Positions 56,506-64,000 of a stretch of DNA of 64,000 bases are shown in pieces. The notes under the pieces were generated by a model. The model worked only from the letters and a program-made list of their open reading frames with translations, did not search any database and was not told the DNA's origin. The position numbers were made by a program, and so were the translations under genes. The stretch is from Tubiluchus corallicola (lineage: Eukaryota > Animalia > Priapulida). Each line of letters opens with the position of its first letter. Positions within the stretch are counted from its first letter, which is position 1. Where the stretch lies: assembly GCA_030141605.1 (NCBI GenBank), contig JAQGDQ010000015.1, positions 806,001 through 870,000 of the forward strand. The letters are read 5' to 3'.

Positions 56506-57182
56506 ATGTCAGCACGAACCCGAATACGAAAGCTGAGGTTTATGTGTTTGATTTGTTTTGTTGTTTTCGTGATAACACTAGTCTATTTTGGCATATTTTC
56601 ATCTATCGGCGTCTTTGATAAGTATGGTTCATATCCTGTGAGAAAACTAGTCTCTTTGTCCCAGTATTCTCGATTAAGTGACTTGAGTTACCTAGATTTA
56701 CCGATGTCTGTGGCACGACCAAAACTAAAATTTTTACCAAGGCACAGCATGCTGAAAGACGAATTAGCTGAAACTGTAAACCAAGATGCAGAGTCTAAAG
56801 TGGATAAAGGTATTTCCACTATTGACATCGAATCAAACAAAGCCTCACAGTATCCTAAAAATATTGTATCAGGTTTACCATCGCCAGATTTCCATTTTAA
56901 TATGTCCACGTCTGATGTGATAGTTTTTCTTCACATTCAGAAAACTGGTGGCACTCAGTTTGGGCGACATCTTGTGAAACATTTAGTGACAGACAATCCA
57001 TGTGAGTGTAGCAAAGGTGAAAAAAAATGTGAATGCCTCCGTCCAAATTCTGAACATAAATCATGGCTTTTTAGTCGCTTTTCCACTGGCTGGAAATGTG
57101 GATTACACGCCGATTGGACTGCTTTAGTCTCGTGTGTGGATGATGTTCTCAACAAGCAAGAAAAGGCACCTCTAACTAGAAG
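56506..57182 (+). CDS. HS6ST: Heparan sulfate 6-O-sulfotransferase, coding exon 1
   Basis: Type II membrane layout (basic N-terminus, then hydrophobic MCLICFVVFVITLVYFGIF), 5'-PSB motif VIVFLHIQKTGGTQFGRHLV and the family motif WLFSRFSTGWKCGLHADWT. Phase-2 donor AG|GTAAAT at 57183. Confidence 0.95.
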
Positions 57183-57312
57183 GTAAATATGCTTTTAATA
57201 CTTTGAAAATTTAACTGTAGACATGAATGCATACGCCGCTTAGCTAAAGGCAAATGTTAGTGATTCAATGCAATGGGATTGATTTTTTAATGCAAGGTTT
57301 TATGTTTTACAG

Positions 57313-57913
57313 ATACTACTATGTGACATTCCTAAGAGAACCAGTGGCTCGATACATCAGTGAATTTCGTCATGTGAACAGAGGAGCTACTTGGGCAGGG
57401 TCGTCGCTTTTGTGTAATGGCCGGTCACCTACTGAGCTGGAGTTACCCCAGTGTTATCTTACGGAGACGTGGGAGAATGTGACCCTTAACGAATTTAATG
57501 ATTGTTCATCGAATCTTGCTCGTAATCGGCAGACACGAATGTTAGCCGATCTAACTTTAGTGGATTGTTACAACACGACTACTATGCCACAAATAGCCAG
57601 AAATGAAATCATGTTAAAAAGCGCTAAAGAAAATCTGAAAAGGTTAGCTTTCTTTGGACTAGTTGAGTATCAGGAGCTTTCCCAGTTTTTGTTTGAACAA
57701 TCATTCAAGTTGAAATTTCGCTTGCCGTTCACACAGTCATACACATCAAAAAGTTCAGATACTGAAATAACACCAGAGCAAAAATCACGCATAAGCGTTC
57801 TCAATCATCTAGACATACAACTTTACAAGTATGCAAAGAGCATATTTTTTGATAGATTAAACACTGTTGTAAATTACTTTCCTAATGAGTATAAGAAGTT
57901 TATTGGAATGTAG
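57313..57913 (+). CDS. HS6ST: Heparan sulfate 6-O-sulfotransferase, coding exon 2
   Basis: Acceptor TTTTACAG with AG at 57311-57312 after a 130-bp intron. Reads (R)YYYVTFLREPVARYISEFRHVNRGATW (3'-PB motif), NLARNRQTRMLADL, LNHLDIQLY, to TAG at 57911-57913. 677+601=1278 nt = 425 aa plus stop. Confidence 0.95.
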
Positions 57914-60900
57914 CATTTTGTGTATTTTCACAAGCTTTTTTCATTATGAACCAATTGACTTTCTTTACGTTATTTTAATGGTGCGATGTAAGTTACGCAG
58001 TTGTTCGAGTCCTTGTAAACAAATTTACAATTCAGATACTAGGTGCATGTGTTACTGAGTTGGCCACAAAATGGAACCAAGACAAGCGAAAAATTGGTTA
58101 ATTTTTTACTTATAAAATTGCAAGTCTGCTCTCTGTGCTTCAAAACCAGGCCAGTGCGTAGTCTCCTTTAGTTTGGTGTTTTTCCGGGGGTAGTTTGTTT
58201 TTTCATTGAAGTTGTATCTTCAGTTGCATGTACAATACATATAATATTTTTCCAAACATAATATTTTTACTGGTTTCAATCACTGTAAAGTATTCAGTTT
58301 TTTAAACTGATAAATTTGTATTCTAATATTGTACTTATTACAATCAGGAATTATACAATCTACTTAACTTCAATATTTTGAACAGCTATTATGTGATTAG
58401 GAATCATTTATCGTTTACGTTTTGCTTTTAGTTATAAGTTAGTACCAGGTTAGTGTAAATAAATACAGTATTTTGTAAAATGTCATATACTATGTTGCCG
58501 TAGGCTTTATAAACTTTATTACTTTTAACAAGGGAGCTGAAATTTTCTGGTTGCAGTTTTGTCTTTTATGCTGACAACCTTTGTTTTATTTTACTCTGTC
58601 TTTTATATTGAATGAATTTTGTCACGTTTAATAATATGTTATTCTTGCATTTTGATATTGTCTTTCATTTCTAAAAAAGCTTATTGTTTTTGCATTGTAT
58701 TTTGTGTAAAATGTGCTTTTTGAGAGTGGCTGATTTGCTGGACAAATTATTTAGAGCTTAAACCGCACATTAAAACATAATCATGCAATGTTGTTTCTGC
58801 ATGGCGGAATATTAGAAATTGTTAAAAGCCCATTTGGCCACTTTGTAATATTTTGTAATAGAGTTCATTTGCAAAATGAAATGCTGTATTACAAGCTTTT
58901 TTAAAAGTGAATATTACATGGTGAGAATCTCTAGCATAATAAAATACACCTATGCAGCATTCAAACGTCTATAAAAAGATTTTTCATAAAATTCATTCAT
59001 TTCCATCTCGAAAAATATGCAAGCTATTTTTGCATTATGCCATTTTCCTGCATTTTAATTATGCACTTGCCTGTTAAGCATCTGTATAGAATATAATGAT
59101 TTTCTTCAGTACTTGTTGTAACCCAGTTAATAGTTTGACTTGAAATCATGTTGCCCAGTTCGATGCATCAATTTTATTGTCATTATTTATTTATGCTTTA
59201 TGATTTTAATTTCATGATATAGCCATAGCTATAATGCAGATTACTTAGGCGTGATGTGAAAATTAAATTGATACATTTACAAGGTTGTAATGTTTGACTG
59301 TTATAATACAGGGAGTACTTGACATGTTCCAGTGATGCTGCATTTGAATAAAACTTACTTTATATTTATGAAAATAGGGAATTATATAAATCTCTTTTTT
59401 GATTTTTAAGTGTAGTCAAAAAGCACTTTTCAGACACCTATATCAATCAGGATAGTAATGTGAAAAAAAATTCTGAAGTTACAGTCTGCTTAGACAAGTA
59501 TACCACTTCACAGATCTTGTTTAAAGTCATTAGATGTGCACAACCCTTAGTCTTAACAGAATTATTCAGATTTGTGGTGTATACATGAAACATTAAAATT
59601 AAATAAACATGCATATCATGCACACACAAACGCACGCACACACACACACACACCCTAGCAGACAATTGAAGTTAAACACGAATAATAATAACTCATTTCC
59701 CCTGACAGTTTAACGATGCACAGCAAAGAGTGCGACGAAAGATTTATAGATCATTAATTCTCAATAAAAATAAAATCCAGCAAAGAGACTTGATCCGGTA
59801 ATGCATGACTCATTCCTCCTTTACCTGAACTACCAATATGTTATGTTTAGAACTTGCAGTGAAAGTTTTCTTCTATACAGCTTGGACACTGTATAAACTC
59901 GAATCAAGCATTCAACTGCAAGGCCTACCTAATTCAGATTGTTGTAGCTGGACTGGAATCTGGTTCATTATTACTGTCTGTATAAGCCGTTGAATTGGCA
60001 GACGCATCATTGCCCTTTGGATGTGAATACATCTTCTCTTAACGAGTTGTACTTTGTTGTCATTATTGTTTATTATTTACCTCTAAACGAGGTAAAAAAA
60101 CCAGAAGCAGCATGGCAAATAAAACCTCCCAGAGCGAGTATTAAACGAACTCAGGTAATGACGAACCATTCATTCCTCAGCATCGTTGAAATGAGAGTAT
60201 TATACAATGAAACCAAGCAAGCCAGTTAGCCTAAAAATCTAAAATTAATACTATTCCAAAATATATCTGAAGCCACTTCGTCTAGCCATTTGATAATAAT
60301 AAAAACGCTAAGAGAATGTGCAGTAAAACCCATATTTTAAGTTTCTTTAGTTTTATTACAGAGCTTACTACAGTGTTTTCTCTTACTGTTTTTTTGGTAT
60401 TACCAAATGTAACTAATTAAGTTTTGAAGTGCTTAAATTATATTGAAATGCAGCTATGAGAAAATGAATTTTTTGATACTGCACACCCTTTCCCTTCCTG
60501 AGCAGATGATTTGGCAATTAGTCATTCAACGGCAAACGCAAGCATCATACTTTCTCATTAGTCTTGTAAATCTACTCACGTTATAGGTTTCAGTATTGTG
60601 TCACTGCAGAAATGATGAAAATTAATAAAATTTCGTATGTATGCGCCTATACGGCTTTTGCGCAAAACGACATCGTACTATTTTTGTTGCGCAACTTTCC
60701 TTTAAGTAAATAAGAAATAAGTTGTAAAAAAGGCGACTGTCTGTATCCTGTCGGTATGCTACCTGTGAATAGTAGCTGGTTTGCTGAAACTTATGTGGCT
60801 AAAATTTTATTGATCAGCTTAGTATAGTCTTTTCTACGAACACATGTAGATTTCAGTTAGACAAAATTTGTAAATGATTCCAGAAGAGGTGAAAAACCCT

Positions 60901-61249
60901 TATCATTTTAAAGATGCACGTCTTCGAAATCTCGTAAGATAAACAACTGAGATTTTAGAAGTATCTTATACATTCTCTGATTTGTCTCTCACTGCATTTT
61001 GAGGTCAACCGGCAGTGCGGAAGTCCGGTAACGGTCAAAGGCCACTTTTCAAAAAATAGGCCTAGTATGTTTTCAAAATGGTGCGAGACAGATAGCTATT
61101 TTGTATTTCTGCTGTGCACGTAGGAAATCTTATTAGGATTTCTGTAAGTAATGTGTAACGTTTCACAGTAGTAAGTGCTTAGTTTATGGGTACTGAATAT
61201 GCGGACAACGAGAAATGTGCGTTTGTCCATTAATGATTACTGATTAATT

Positions 61250-61553
61250 GTATTGTTTTGTTAAGATTTAGGTATCTAACTTTATTATTTTTTGTTTTCA
61301 CTTCTTTTTTGATAATTTGTATCATTTATACTGTTTATTATTATTATTTTTTCTTATTTGTTTTTGTTTTTGTTATCTGCAGCCTCACCATTTATTTTTA
61401 ATATACTAATCTAATTATAAGACAGGGCAGGAGACTAGATGACCCTATGGTCCTTCCCTGCCCTGCTCCACGATTATAATTACGTAATATTTAAAAAACT
61501 TTTCATGTCAAACAAATTGGAGAAAATAAATGTTCTATGTCTATGTCTATGTC
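61250..61553 (+). mobile_element. Isolated LINE 3'UTR end (CR1/L2-like hairpin, AATAAA and microsatellite tail)
   Basis: T-rich tract, then CAGGGCAGG (61423-61431) pairing with CCTGCCCTG (61457-61465) around GACC-CTAT-GGTC. GACTAGATGACC...GGTCCTTCC resembles CR1 3' ends. AATAAA at 61525-61530 and (CTATGT)3 at 61535-61552. Confidence 0.6.
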
Positions 61554-61608
61554 CACGTAGTATTTCAGAATAGTATATATTAATTTCCATAGAATATATA
61601 TATATATA

Positions 61609-62070
61609 GGGGTTTATATATAACCGACGAGGCTACCGCTCCGACGACGGCACCATTTTCGACGATCTGCGTCAAATGAAAGCTCTCCACCTAAGGGTCC
61701 TCACTTCCAACCAAGAAGGTCGAGTAATCACAATCACACAGTGTATATAAAATAATGGAAAAAGCCTTTACTGCCCCAAAATGTTTTAGTTTCCTCAGAG
61801 CAACCGCAAACGTCGCAAATGCAAAAGCTGTGAAAGAGGTCACAGCATACAGTGTTTGATGTCGTTAAATGCCTCCCATAGAAATCACCCCTGCAATGAT
61901 CGAAGTTTGTAATGGATAAGTTGTGTAATCAATGCTATTTAATCTTACAAGGGGTTGTAGATCAATTGATTGAGCGGGAATCTAGCGTCTGTCTAATAAT
62001 CAACTCGGATGCGGTCGTCATGGAGATGGTAAGCTGATGACGGCAGCGCATTAGAGTATTATAGACACCC
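61609..62070. mobile_element. Possible old MITE with degenerate TIRs
   Basis: Left TA-GGGGTTTATA...CCG...GCTACC.CTCC.GACGAC loosely mirrors right GTCGTC..GGAG..GGTAAGC...CGG...TATAGACACCC-TA. Confidence 0.35.
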
Positions 62071-62339
62071 TAGCTCTCCGTCACGAAACTCAAGAAAGAA
62101 TCGAAACCAATTTATTTTTCGGATAATTCCAAGCATCGCGCGTGCGTGTGCATGTATAAGCATGTACTCTTGTTACTGAAGTGGTAGGAGCGGTAAATGG
62201 AATTCAAAGTTAGATATTCAGACTTGATTCTGCTGGACCGTCACTCCTCGTATCACACGTTTGCCCGGAAAAAGCTTGGCTTAGAGTAAATTCATTGACA
62301 TCTAACTTAGCACAACGTGAGAGCCTTAATTACATTTCA

Positions 62340-63128
62340 GTGGGGGAAACGCCAATAACCTAAACTTCAATATGTCTAAATTCATTGAAATGATTTATGC
62401 CTAAGCCTACTGATATTCTCCCTATAATTATTACCGTCTCTAATTTGAAGGTAAAAAGAGTTGATTCTGTTAAACTTTTAGGGGTACAAATAGCTAAAGA
62501 TTTAACATTGAACACCTATGTCCATTCAATTTACGTAAAAGCCAGTAAAAGAATTTACATTTTGCGATTAATGAAAAGAGCTGGGACTTTGCCTAATGAT
62601 ATGACAAAAATGTACTGCATCGTGATTTGACCAGTTGTTGAATACGCTTGTCAGGTATGGCACTTATCTGTCTCCCAAAATCTTTCTGGTTTGTTGGAAA
62701 CTGTTCAGAAACGCTCATTGAAAATACTTTTCCCAAATGGTACTATGTGAATGCTCTAATTTTAGCTAACCTTCAACTTTTATTTAACCTTCGCCAAATA
62801 TTCTTGCAAAAAGTTGTTCTTATCAATTCAAAATCCTAATAATACAATCCATACTCCAGATAATCCTGATGCCAATACTCATAGATATCGTACTTGCCAC
62901 CATCTGAAATAACCCTTACCTAGATGCAGAACAGAGAGAATCAAGGACAGTTTTATCAAATGTGGTTTATTTACTTTTCCAAACATAAGTTTATACTAGT
63001 GTAATAGTGCTTGTCGCTGTACGTTCTACCTTGCCTATTCTTTAAAAAAAAATTATATTTTGCAATTTCATGCTGTGGTGTAATTCAACCTTTTGGTTGT
63101 AATGGTAATAAATGAGCGTATTATTATG
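62340..63128 (+). mobile_element. Degenerate 3' portion of an L2/CR1-group LINE
   Basis: Frame-disrupted RT C-terminus: VKRVDSVKLLGVQIAKDLTLNTYV...KASKRIYILRLMKRAG...YCIVI*PVVEYACQVWH, later LPRCRTERIKDSFI, followed by a 3'UTR with AATAAA and a short ATT tail. Confidence 0.8.
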
Positions 63129-64000
63129 ATAGGTGCAATTTTATAAATTACAGGATTTAGCTTATTACAACAACTAGTTATTTACATTAAATGCATAAAA
63201 TTATATTCTGTCGGAATTTAACGCCCTTTGAGTAACATTACTGATAATTCGGAAGTAGGCCTCGTTAACTAAGCACAAATAAAACGCAATTATTTTACAA
63301 CCGCTTTTGCTGAACCGGCAAAACCCAGGGCAGGTTATAACACATTTTGTTCCCCAAAGTGGTTACTAGTTGAGATAGTCATTCTATGGAATACGAATTT
63401 AATTAAGTGTTGATACGAACGTTTCATAACCCCACTATTGTTCCCCAAACAAGTTAGTCAGCGAGTGATAGTGTTATGACCCGCCTGCCGATTTTAATTT
63501 AAGCGCAAGGTTGGCTTCTCACCTGTGTTCTGTACTTGCTTTTGACCTAGTTAGTTAGAGTTGTTATTGAGGTGGAAGTAATGTCGGCTGCTCAAGATGA
63601 CAGCCCTGATGTTTTATTTTTGTTAATTTGCGTTTACTGGCAATAAAAATGAAGTAATGTCGCAAATGCATCTCCGTTTATTCACCGTGTTTTGTGTAAC
63701 CAATTCCAACTCATAACAATAGAGTGAAGACCTCTGTAAGCTGGCTCGCCGAAACTTCTTGCATTCTACCTCCAAGCTCTCTGAAGCCAAGGTAGTCAAA
63801 CGTGGCAGTTTGCACTTCGATAGTACTAGTGTCTGTGGGTGTGTGTGTGGGATTGGGAAGGTCAGTTTAACACATTTCACCTTAAAGATCGGCACATAGT
63901 ACTGAAGATTTTCCGTCCAAACGTTTTGAATTATGTCGTTCTTGATTATGTTTTCAGAACCACTGAGACCACAAATCAATCAACCGTGTTACATAAGTGG

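Noticed and set aside
57254-57312. N-terminus of the 219-aa ORF as a separate gene
   Set aside because: Intronic; the ORF is HS6ST exon 2.
57911-57949. HS6ST stop UAG-C as a readthrough candidate
   Set aside because: No CUAG context and only 11 codons to the next stop.

Overview
AT-rich (roughly one-third GC by eye) eukaryotic DNA from a bilaterian invertebrate; the Zic residues look protostome/spiralian-like, which is inference. Two protein-coding genes lie head-to-head about 25 kb apart. (1) A single Zic/odd-paired C2H2 transcription factor gene on the minus strand: coding exons 31457-30509 and 17458-16926, 493 aa, split by a 13,050-bp phase-1 intron between zinc fingers 3 and 4. (2) A heparan sulfate 6-O-sulfotransferase gene on the plus strand: coding exons 56506-57182 and 57313-57913, 425 aa. 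The rest is non-coding, with microsatellites, truncated CR1/L2-type LINE fragments, several MITE-like elements and motif clusters (GLI, Zic, K50-homeodomain, CTCF-like). Most short ORFs in the track are spurious. The most notable unexplained signal is at the Zic stop codon: UAG-CUAG context, a stem-loop 7 nt downstream and a 71-codon open in-frame extension, together a candidate for programmed readthrough. Also notable are tight Zic-HS6ST linkage and an out-of-frame uORF overlapping the HS6ST start. I see no prokaryote-type system, CRISPR array or intact RNA gene.
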